Shown here: in pieces, positions 53,338-64,000 of the stretch
How the letters are laid out: every line of letters starts with the position of its first letter
Position numbering within the stretch: the stretch's first letter is position 1
Source: Octopus sinensis
Taxonomy: Eukaryota
Reading direction: 5' to 3'
NCBI RefSeq assembly: GCF_006345805.1
Contig: NC_043003.1
Span: forward strand, 80,414,001-80,478,000
Length of the DNA stretch: 64,000 bases
Program-made: the position numbers and the translations under genes
Notes under the pieces: generated by a model
What the model was told of the DNA's origin: nothing
Databases searched by the model: none
The model's input: only the letters and a program-made list of their open reading frames with translations

Positions 53338-55419
53338 GTATATATATATACATATATATCTATATATACGTATTTGTATGTATATGTATACACCCAACCA
53401 CACGCACATGCACACACACACATATGTTGGAAACTGGAAATATACCTTAGGCGATATACGAAATTTGAATTCGTAGAATTCAATAAAGTTACTGAACTGC
53501 TGATAATAGTCTATGTAATTTAAGATCTTGCTGAAACCAGGACGCTTTTAAAAATAACTGTGTTTGGCCATCACTTCTAATGTAGGGGAAAATTACTAAG
53601 AGACAGGAGACGTAAAAGACCGATACACATCCCTTAATGATTCCTGTATATATCTACAAATAGTATCAGTTCTGTTGTATTCTTTCTTATTATTTGCATA
53701 GTACCAGTAACAAATAAATCGCAGCAGATTTTATACAATGGAAGTGAAAATAAGATTGATGCTTGTGTAATTGCTAGAACATTGGAACGTAATGAGGTGT
53801 TCTGTCTCCATGGATGAACTGTATTCACTTCGATTCGTATTCTTAAATCTCTGTAAATGATGAGAATGCCCCTGACATGGGAATAATGTCTGCTGGTATT
53901 AATAGAGGAAGGTTTAGAGTAGTTGACAATCAAGCTTCATTTCAATAATTAAAATAAAATATGCTTTCTTCTAAATGTTAATCATTTTCATTGTTAATAC
54001 ATGTTATAAATGGTAATACAGTACACTGTTGTATTTGAAAACGAGTCTGATTTATAATATTACGAAACACATAACCTTCATCATTATTCAAGTAAATGTA
54101 TTACGAACGCTAATGAAAAGTGGTAAGTTCCAAACGATTAACTGGCCATCTAAATTTGTAGCCTTATTGCTTATTGCAATAGATAATTGCTTCCTTAGAT
54201 AATGGCATTAAGATAAAGGAATACTTTAAGGAATTTAAAATGTTACATCTTATTATCCAACACATGATTTAGTCAATGGAACTCAGGGCATAATGGGATG
54301 GCCTATGTAAAAACTAGTTTCAGAAGATATACCCCAGAAGATTTGGATAAGTCTGCATCTAGAGCAAATCATTGTGAACTATCGCTCTTAAATACAGCTA
54401 AACGGTAGCTAAAGAAAGCTTCGTTATATTTTCTATATCACGGAAGCTTACAACAGCGAAATCTATGATCGTTTATTATCAACTTAAATTTTTATGCCTT
54501 TACCAGTATTCTCTAAGCTCACGTAATATCTATCTTTAATATAATATTGACCCTTTATATTTAACTTAGTGTTTAAAAGCTTTCAAAAAAATCATTCTTA
54601 TTAAGAAACAAGCATTCGTGTTAACCTTAAATCAGTGAGCAAGTAAATATGGCAAAAGGGTATTTAAAAGTGATTAGTACGCATTCGGAACGAAAAGTAT
54701 TACAGAAACTAAAATACGCTCAAGAATAATTCAGAACTTTCTTGGATCACAGTTTCTAAACATGAAATATAGGCTTCAGACATAAAACAATGACACCACT
54801 AATACCACAAAGAAGTCAATCCTGGTTACAGTGGACTAGCTTAGACAGACATATAGTGGGTCGTTGTGGCTTAAATTTGAGATCCGACGAATTCACAAAA
54901 AGATTATGGAGAATTAGTTTCTTAGCAATTCGACTCAATCTCTTAGAGAAACATCAAAGGTTACGACAAAATAAGCTACATTGGATGCAGATAAACTAAT
55001 CTCCGGGTAGATTATAATGAAAATGCAAGTGACATACAGAGCAAGTGCAAAGAATAATATTTACTCAACAACAGTAGGTATATGTAGTCAAAAATAGAGT
55101 GAACCACATGGTCTACTAGGCATTACTGGCATATACAAATTCATGAGTAATACATATTCAGTTTAAATTATCTTTATTTATAGTAATGAAATAAAAGTTA
55201 ATGTACGATCAACCCCAAATTATTAATTTTTATATATTTACAGTAGATCATTTATATGTAAAAAAAAACAAGTCATTATCATTTCTTCGTAAAACAGTGC
55301 AGGTAAAATGCACCGAAGTCTTTAGTCATCTGTCAAGTCACAACAAGGAAGTCAGACAGATAATACTTTACTTAAGATTTGTGCGTGCCCAATAAGGCTG
55401 CTTTTTTTTGTCAGACATC

Positions 55420-56090
55420 AATCTTGCAAGGAATTTCCAGTTACCTTAGAAGTGTTGAAGTTTCAATGGGTTTGAGCCCATCGCTCCAATCACCACTGGT
55501 ATCACTTTTACATTACCCTCTCGCATTCTATACAATCTTGCCATTTCCACTTTAAATTCGGAATACTTGCTGATTTTTTCAACCTATTTACTCAAAACAT
55601 TCATGTCATATGGTATGGCTACATCAATGATCAATGACAGTATTTGTCTCTCTTATTCAATATGATAATATCCGGCCGGCTGTGTTCGATTACTAGATCC
55701 GTCTGAAAATCTTAGTCCCAGTTACTTTTTCATCTACCGGCATAACTTTACGTGGTACATGCTCATACCAGTTCTCTGTTACTGCATATTGCTATTTACG
55801 GCATAAGAGCCAATGAAGATACACACACACTTCATTGTGGCGGCGTTTGTTTGTATTCATTTTATGCAAGGGTCTCACATCCACTTACCAAGTGCGTCAT
55901 ATTTTCCACACACTTTCCACAGAGTCTGAATTTCTGGGTGTCAAAAGCTTTATAGATGTTATACTTTACTGAATTAGTAGCGAGAGCCTGGTCTTGTCCA
56001 GCAATGATCAGTCGTAGTGTATGCATATATATATATATAATAGTGTATATACATATGTAGACAGGTAAAAATTCACCACTTACCTCCATG
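55420..56090 (-). mobile_element. Second, divergent R4/Dong 3' fragment (CCHC + REL)
   Basis: IIAGQDQALATN, RLCGKCVENMTHLVSGC, FQTDLVIEHSRPDII, IIDVAIPYD, KISKYSEFKVE, KVIPVVIGAMG. Confidence 0.8.
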
Positions 56091-56269
56091 TTGTCAAATA
56101 AATGGATTAACTCTCAACACAATACACTTTTTTCTCGACTAAATATTTTCAGCTTTATACCAGCGTTTTAGGAAAAGAAAACAAAATTCTTTCGCAGCCA
56201 AACTAACTTTTGTGTGAGTGGGAGAGATAGAAAATAAAGTTGTTTCTCTACAAAGAAGCGATTAAACAA

Positions 56270-56410
56270 ATATATCTTAATACTTAGCGACATTACGTCC
56301 GTCTTTATGCCGAGGTCGACTTTGCTTTTTATCCTTCCCAGTCAATGAGATCATTACAAGTGGGCAACGGGTGTCAATGTGATCGAATTTCCCCTTCACC
56401 CAAAATTTTA
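56270..56410 (+). mobile_element. SINE group A2 fragment
   Basis: gccgaggtcgactttgcttttatcc core. Confidence 0.65.
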
Positions 56411-56439
56411 TCAGTATTGATTTCATCAGTATTCATTTC

Positions 56440-56705
56440 AAGCTATGGCACAAGAAAGCAATTCTACGGTTGGGGTGGGGTTAAATCTATTACCCCGACC
56501 CCAGTGCTCAATTGATAGTTATTTTATCGATCCTGAAGGGATGAAAGGCAAAGTGAACCACGGAGGAATGTGAACTCCAAACATAAAGACGGTCGAAATG
56601 CCGCTAAGCATTTTCTCCGCCGTGCTAAAAAGTCAGATTTTTTGCGTGCAATTAAGTACCCTGACCTCCTTGGCCGTGCTAATGATCTACTAGCTCGCCG
56701 CCTCA
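56440..56705 (-). mobile_element. SINE group A2 containing a 44-bp insertion
   Basis: A-core and head; insert 56629-56672 flanked by gccgtgctaa repeats. Confidence 0.75.
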
Positions 56706-56829
56706 TCGTTCTTATTAATATCTCAGCAATTTCTTATTGGGTGTTTTCACTGCACAAATGGGGACAGATGTGTGCACCTGCCCTCTTAATTCTTTTCTTT
56801 GTTTTTATTATTGCCCTTGTATAATTCCC

Positions 56830-57700
56830 AAATCGAAGGCTTACCGTTCACATTTACTCTGATTGTTTTGCTTTTCTAGACAGTACGTGCTTGAAGTATG
56901 AAATAACAATGGACCCCCATGTTTTTCTATTCCAAGTACAGTATTACATATAATTTTTTCTATGCATTGATATATTTTTTCTGTATGCTGTCTATCTATT
57001 ATGGGGTTTGTGTAAATGTCCATATATTTTAAAATTTTCCCTTGCCAATTATAGCAACTAGATATATTTTTAATCCTCACTTCATAACTATCATATTTAT
57101 ATTGTTCTATTTAATTAGTTTCTCCATTTCTTTATAAAAATATCTAGCCATCTGTAGCTACGTTTCTATTTTGTTTCTGTGAAGTAGATCTGAGATGATT
57201 AATATTTCCACACATATACTATCCTGGCTGTCTGCCCTCCACAGTCATACTAATTTCCCCCTCAGTTCCGATCTTCTGAATTTATGTGGAGAGAAAGTGT
57301 GGTTCCAAACCAGTTCTCTTGCCTCGTTCTATTAATACCAGTAAAGTGTCACTTTCCACCAATGTAATGCATGCCGATATCCATCACAGAAGTAGATCTG
57401 GTGAGACTCCTAATAGTGTTACCATTATCAACATATTTGCTAAATATAAGAGGATTAGAGGAAGGTCCTTGTCGAGACAGCTGGTCACTAACTATTGCAT
57501 TGTAAGCGTCTCAGTCATGAGTAGGACCTCAAACTTCCCTTCAGGCGATGACTATTTAATTCCACGCAACGATAAATGACTGTCCTCCTTACAGTTTAAG
57601 GAAGGGCACCAGCCTTCCGCCCCATAGCGAATGTTTCTAAATCGAACGGTGTGTCATAAATTTGTCTTTTACACATTTTTCTGTGGGAGAATTTATAATC
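56830..57700 (-). mobile_element. Possible degraded CR1/L2-like APE region (tentative)
   Basis: Weak motifs only: EVLLMTET, DRN*GG, DSICVEI, DIYTNP (~IYRSP). Confidence 0.3.
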
Positions 57701-58149
57701 ATTTTTGTGAAAATTACGCCAGCAAACTTCTTGCTAATAGTTTATATTTTGTTGATGTTATTGCCTTCACCATTATTATTGTTGCTGCTGCTATATCTGT
57801 TACTGGTGAAGTCGAATGTTTCCTCCTCATTACGGCCGTTGTTGTATATTTTAGAGGTGGTTCTGCTTCTGTTTGTTTAGTGATGACGGCGGTAGTAATG
57901 CACATTTGTCTACGAACATTTTTGTCCTCCGGTTGCAAATGTTGTTGTTGCAATAGCCGTTGTTGTTGTAGCTGTAACTGTTGATATTCATGTTGTTTTT
58001 GTTATTGTTGCTGTATTTGTTGTAGCTGTACGCATATTTGTCTGGTCTGTTTATTTTTCGGTAATTCTGCCTATGATAGTCAAGCTAGCTGTATTTGAGC
58101 TAGCATCGATTCTATTAAGTGTCATAGACAGCAGAATATTTTTTTTGTT

Positions 58150-58620
58150 TCTACAACAATTTAGTTGAATGTGGTTTGGTTTAAATAGGTGGCCGTTCAC
58201 ATTGTACAGTGTGGTTGTCAAATCCCGGAACACAGGACCAAAATTGGTTACCGTGGGGACAGCCGCCAAGTTTTGGTGGTCAAACCTATCGGAAGCTTTC
58301 GATTGATCTAAGCTGAGAAAGAGACTGCCCCGAGAAGTTCGTAATCAACCTTCTCTATAATGTATTGCATACGGTGTAGATTGTCGTACACGCGTTGGAA
58401 ATAGCTCATGTTGAGCATCACTGATTTTCAACCACAAGAGCAAAATTTCTCCGCTAACCCCATGACCAAAAACGAAATCTGCATTTAGTAAAGTTATGAA
58501 CCAAACTTATCGATGTGAAATCCCTTGTTCGCGTTCATTCTTAGCAGTGAAACCACTGCTTGTCTCAAAAGAATTGAGGATTCTTCTGCACCTCTCACAT
58601 ATGCAGTGGATATCTGCCGA
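58150..58620 (-). mobile_element. L1/Tx1-clade RT fragment
   Basis: ITLLNADF, DNLHRMQYIIEKV, SLDQSKASDRFDHQNLAAV, FGPVFR...NVNGHL. Confidence 0.75.
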
Positions 58621-58949
58621 TACTTTTCTATGATTTATATGCGCGACCCTTCTATAATGTATATGTATGCCCCAGTATAGCTGGCATCTAATGCCTGAAA
58701 CAAATAAATGATAAATGATAAAAAATACGAAATAATATTCCCATTGTCAAACGTGTATTCTGTAACATATTTTTGTTGAAATGCCATTATTTTTACCATT
58801 CTTTAAAATTTATGTTTGTTAGTTAATTAATATTCTTTTTAGCTGTCGTATATTTCTGTTTCTTTGGAGCTCTTACTCATTTCCCCTTGATATATGAGAG
58901 GGAAATTCGGCAGGAAAACGGCATCTTTAACTCGAGTGCTTTACTCTTT

Positions 58950-60530
58950 TGGAGGATATTACGGTCAAGAGTAGATTTCAGTCTTCCACAATTCATTTGA
59001 AAATTCCTATAATATAAATCCTAATATAAACACTTTTTTATGCTGCTCATACCTGCTAGAAGCGAAGACATGTCGATCATTTCGATAGAAAGTTTTACTA
59101 TGTTTAGAAAAATCAAATCAACAAGCAAATTGCTGATGGGTGCTAATGCCTGCCAATAAGATAATATTTCATGAGGTTCACGCAGAAGAGCGAAAATCTA
59201 AAAATAAAGGTTCTATTCATTCTCAATACGTTGTGCAAAATAGGAGTATGAGTATCTGAAAGGTGTTTATTTTCCCTGTCATCGAAGTCTCCAGGTCATC
59301 AAAAGCAATATGAGCATGAACACGACTTATTAATCCAGCACATGAACAAGCTGAGATACCACAATATGAAGAATGGTTGTTTGCGCAAATACACTTGTTC
59401 TCTTGATTAGTTGCCTATTTTAGTTGAGCTATCAAGTCTCTTTATATTTTTCATGATATTATTTTATGGCCGGCTTTAGTCTCATTTTTATCTTATTACA
59501 AACCATAAACGTGGTCATACCAGCATAAACTCTAGATGGCCTTTAGAAAATCACATAGTAAATCAAGTAACCATGATGATACCATGTTATTTTGTTTTTA
59601 TTGGACTGTTGCTAAAGTGTATTGGTGACAGAAAGTCCAAACTCACTGCAAAAAATCATAGTCCGTTTGAGTTCATTTTGCCAAGACCATGTTTACCAAG
59701 AATACTTGGCCACAATTAATTTCACCAGACACGCGCATTAAAATCTCCCAACAGAAAAATATTATCTTTATTGAGAACTCGGTCCATTAATATTCGTAAA
59801 ACGGAATAAAATTTATCTTCTGCTGCATCTTTATTACCAACTAATGTATCATATTCTTCTAGGTAATTTGGAATTCGGAATAACAGAAGCTGGTAATTAA
59901 TTTCATTTGGTAAGGTGTCTAGTTTACTACAATATCATTACTAATAGCGTAGCCCACACCAAATGATCTTTATTCCGCCCCAAATTTACCAATCCAGAAG
60001 AAAACGCACCCTCTAATTAATTCATTCAGCTGACTAGAATCTGATAGCCTTGTCTTCAAAAGTGCGGCATTGCTTACATTTTTACTTCTTAGAAAGTGCG
60101 CTATACGTGCTGTTTCGCGCTCAAGATGCTTCTTGTGGTCCAGGAGAGTGCATTCGTTCCATATCTGTTTCTATATCCCATTTCCTGTGTTTTCTAATAT
60201 TATGTTTCGACTGCCTAGTTGAAAGTCATGTCAATCACAGTATAATTACAAAATCGTGAGAGCAATCACTTTTTAGGGCACCTTCTCTGGCCCGTTCCGT
60301 ACACAAGGGAAAGAAGTGCCATCCTAAATAGGCTGTTTTGTAAATGCGAAGACGACAAGTATTGTGTCACATAGGTTTCAAAGAACGGCCATATGCTTCT
60401 TACCACCACGGGAACGAAGCTCAAACCAGTGACCTCCAGTGACATTTTCCACCTGTCCTCGCCGCTCTCACTTCATCGCCGTGGAATTTGATTTCTCCTC
60501 ATGCTGTTGGGAAAGACCTGCATTATGACT
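58950..60530 (-). mobile_element. RTE (BovB-like) LINE 5' part: 5' UTR and APE endonuclease, degraded
   Basis: ETARIAHFLRSKNVSNAALLKTRLSDSSQLNE, FFWIG, VGYAI, DKFYSVL...IFLLGDFNARV, GKHGLGKMNSNG. Confidence 0.8.
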
Positions 60531-60779
60531 TTATTTAAAGTATAGAAAACCCACTCTCTTCACCCAGAAAGAACATCCTGCACTGGAGCACAATGTGATA
60601 CTTACCAGGTACAGACAAGGATGCAGATTAAGTAGATTGACTGGCTTGAGCAACCAATGATTGGGTTGATTGCTCAACACTAACATATACACATATACAT
60701 ATAAGAAAGATATTAAAAAAAATATATATAAATATATAAAATATGAAATAAAAATAAGATAACAATATAAACATATATA

Positions 60780-60875
60780 AACATGTATATCTATGTATGT
60801 TTATATGTCTGTCTGTATTTATGTATGTATGTATGTATGTATGTATGTATGTATGTATCTATCTATCTATATATA

Positions 60876-60931
<56 letters not shown>

Positions 60932-60951
60932 GTATATGTATATCTATCTAT

Positions 60952-60993
<42 letters not shown>

Positions 60994-61020
60994 TATATAT
61001 ATTATATATATATATATATG
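60780..61020. repeat. (TATG)n/(TA)n microsatellite
   Basis: Directly visible. Confidence 0.95.
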
Positions 61021-62207
61021 CTGCAAAGGTATCATTAGCAGAAAGATTATATACTTGAGAATAGAAGATAATTTCAAATGCCATCTATTAATATAGTTTG
61101 CAGCTACATTTAGGGCATTTAGATTCCAATTTGTGTTATTGTATGGCGAATAGTTATACAGACACATTAAGATTAATGCATTTAGCACAACATGCCATAC
61201 TTTTTGCTATGATGCCCAAGGATATATATACATAGATACATGCATACCTACACACAGATATATGTGTGTGTGTTTGTTATGCATTTGTGGAAGAATGTAT
61301 TTATGTATTCATGTGCGAACAGTATAGGAAGGAGACTTTAAAACATGCCTTAGAGTAAGTTTTAATTTCATTAGCGTAATAACTTTGTATTTGTAAATAG
61401 AAAATACATCGACGATACGAATATATTAAATATACAAATATATGTATATATATGTGTGTGTGAGTGTGTGTGTGTACGTGTGTGTGTACGTGTGTTTGTG
61501 CATGTGTATGTGTTGGTGGTGTGTATTACCGTATTACTTGACTCCAAGACATTTTATGTTTGATATAGACATCTATCTTGAATTAATGCACCAGAGCTAC
61601 AGCTAATTACGTCAATATAGAGAGAAGAAGGCATATATCGAAAGAAACTCAACCAATTATCTCGTGGAAAATTGTACAACTTAAATCCTATCTTATACGA
61701 TTTTTTTTTTTTTTGCTTTACCTTTCTTTGCTGAATAGCAGTGGTGTAATGTTATAATGAAAATTTACTGTTAGATGGGTGAATATCATATCGAACATAT
61801 TAACGGTCTAGCAACATTAAAAAATATATACCAGAGGTACAAGCATTCCACAATCAAGACTATTTCAACTGGCCCATTCAAAACAGTTTCACTGAAAATT
61901 CCAGTGTAATTTCAGGTATTACGTTAGATATATCCCTAAGTTTTTATTATTTATTCTTCATCAGAAGTAAAGAGGAATCCGTTTGCTTGATGATGCAGCT
62001 GAGCTGACTTGTTTGATATTTTTGTTGGTTGAATTTGCGCATCAAATTTACAGGATCTTTACCTTTTGAGCTACAGATTAAAAAAAATAATTTTACGTAA
62101 CTAATTACTTTCAAACTTCAGACACTGGTAGAATGTGTCATATAAAACATCTTTTACTCTTAGCCTTTTTGAGAAAAACTTATATTTACGAACCTATTTC
62201 ATCTTAA

Positions 62208-62519
62208 AGTTCTCGCATTTCGATAATTCCAACCAACAATTGACGTGTATTCAGCTGAATAAAATTACTGCTGTTGTTTGTCAACAAGAAATTCCGGCGG
62301 TGTATATTTCGTTTGTCACTGTTGTTTATGACAACCCTAACCCTAACCCTAAAACCCTAACCTTAACCCCAAAATCTTAAAACGCACGAACGATGTCATA
62401 AATAACAGTGACAAACGAAAAATACACCGCTGATAATTGTTGTTGACAAACAACGGCAGTAATTTTATTGAGCTGAATACACATCATTGATTGGTTGAGA
62501 TTACCGAAATACGAGGACT
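62208..62519. mobile_element. Foldback MITE, ~125-bp arms, loop of telomere-type (CCCTAA)n
   Basis: 62208-62333 pairs with 62394-62519 (roughly 85% by eye); loop has accctaa-ccctaa-ccctaaaa-ccctaa-ccttaa. Confidence 0.85.
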
Positions 62520-62809
62520 CAAAAATGCTAGGAGTAAAACATGTTTTATATGACACATTCTACCAGTGTCCGAAGTTTAGTTACAAATTTTTTTTTTAAT
62601 TTGTAGGTCAAAAGGTAAAGATATCCATAATAAAAAGCATTCAGCCATCCTATTTTACCGATGATATTTCTTTTGTTTCGAAATTTTAGAATCTGAACAT
62701 CTTTGGATGAGTGTATTTTTTGTCTGCTAATAAATATGGCATAAATAACATCAGCAATTCGATGTATTTCATATCGACATATTTCATGTATTCGATTTTG
62801 CATGTTTTT

Positions 62810-62950
62810 CTGAATTCAAATGCTGCCGATGTTGACTTTGCCTTTCATCTTTTAAGGTTCGATAAAATAAATACCAGTTGGGCACTATAGTCAATCTAAT
62901 CGACTGGCCCCTCCCCCGAAATTGCTGGCCTTGTGCCAAAATAGGAAACT
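62810..62950 (+). mobile_element. SINE group A2, 5'-truncated
   Basis: gactttgcctttcatc...cccctcccccgaaattgctggccttgtgccaaaa. Confidence 0.75.
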
Positions 62951-63100
62951 AAGATGTGAAGCACCACATTGTCAGTGTTTGCCTCCACTATTTTGTCTGC
63001 ATTCTACATTCCTCCGCATTTCTCTCTCCCCCACTCTCTCTATCTCCATGCAGTCACGCACACACACACACACACACAGATATATATATATATATATATA

Positions 63101-63220
63101 TCACGTGATCACGTGACCGACTAGACCACCAGATGTTGCTACACATCGCTGGTCACAATGCGTTCGCATTGTTTTAGCCTTCGAATGACGCCACCCCGCT
63201 GGCTAAGCGAGCAAGCCAAC
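63101..63220 (-). mobile_element. SINE group C body 2, tail only
   Basis: Matches the 52498 tail with ~20 extra internal bases; ends (TCACGTGA)2; TA tracts both sides. Confidence 0.8.
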
Positions 63221-63231
63221 ATATATATATA

Positions 63232-63284
<53 letters not shown>

Positions 63285-63402
63285 TACATATACACACAAA
63301 TGTATATGTGTTAGTGTGTTAACTATCGTTGCTTATTTAATGCATTTTTTATTTGTTGAGGAACTGAATGCCACGCATCCCGACCTTCGTTAACAGTATG
63401 TT

Positions 63403-63434
<32 letters not shown>

Positions 63435-63506
63435 TATATACATACATACATATATAGATATATATATATATAAACATATATATATATATGTACATATATA
63501 TACATA

Positions 63507-64000
63507 CAGGGGTTGAACAAAGTAATGGAAACACCTACTATCATAGCCCCATAAGTTTGAAATAGCTATAAAATAGTCAAAATCTTGTTTATTTTTATGT
63601 TGTTTTTTTTTTTTACTTATAATTATTATTGCTTAATATGTTTTGCTAAAATTGTGGTTTCTTTTCAGATATCATCAGAAAAAGGTAATTAAAATTAATT
63701 TAAAATGAGAATTGTATTGGACTTTAAATAGGTCAAATTGTTAGTGCTCGTATGGCTGGAGCTAGGGTAACGAAAACAGCCGAAATGTTTGGTGTATGAG
63801 GAAATACTGTTTCGAAAGTAATGGCAGTTTTTGAAAAAAAAAGAAAAACCTCTTCGTCGAAACAAAACTCCAGAAGAAAACCAAAACGTTCAGATAGGGG
63901 CCATCAGACACTTACGCGAATTGTTAGAAAGGAACAATTCTGAGAAAAGAACAGCTCCCAAAATTTCTGGAGAGCTTAATGACCACCTCAAAAACCCAGT
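63507..64000 (+). mobile_element. Tc1/mariner, same family as 4067-5065, runs off the window
   Basis: TA + CAGGGGTTGAACAAAGTAATGGAAACACC TIR; collinear with 4067-4550. Confidence 0.9.

Noticed and set aside
53860-53885. VNDENAP as a cadherin DxNDNxP motif
   Set aside because: Motif incomplete, stop just upstream in frame, no other cadherin features.
60597-60612. ATACTTACC resembling the U1 snRNA 5' end or a minus-strand exon donor
   Set aside because: No further U1 sequence; the 74-nt candidate exon encodes nothing recognisable.

Overview
AT-rich, repeat-saturated animal DNA, intergenic or deep intronic. The SINE families and microsatellite density look like an Octopus (cephalopod) genome; this is recognition, not a database result. 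I found no recognisable host protein-coding gene. Most ORFs in the track are microsatellite or low-complexity artefacts; the few protein-like ones are transposon fragments. The main feature is a ~3.4 kb, 5'-truncated R4/Dong-clade non-LTR retrotransposon (RT with YMDD, CCHC knuckle, restriction-like endonuclease) on the minus strand at 48404-51800. It sits inside a (TAA)n tract, and its ORF is broken almost only by 1-bp indels in homopolymer runs, so it may be young and partly mis-assembled. Also present: a second divergent R4/Dong fragment, RTE, Tx1/L1, CR1-like, R2-Hero-like and Penelope remnants (some with hammerhead-like motifs), two copies of one Tc1 family, a Helitron/Helentron-type element, two foldback MITEs (one with telomeric repeats as its loop), and about 25 copies of three tRNA-derived SINE groups. 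One SINE tail carries an E-box/CRE/E-box palindrome. I cannot show a previously undescribed biological system; the findings are ranked leads, mostly transposon biology. Boundaries of degraded elements are approximate.
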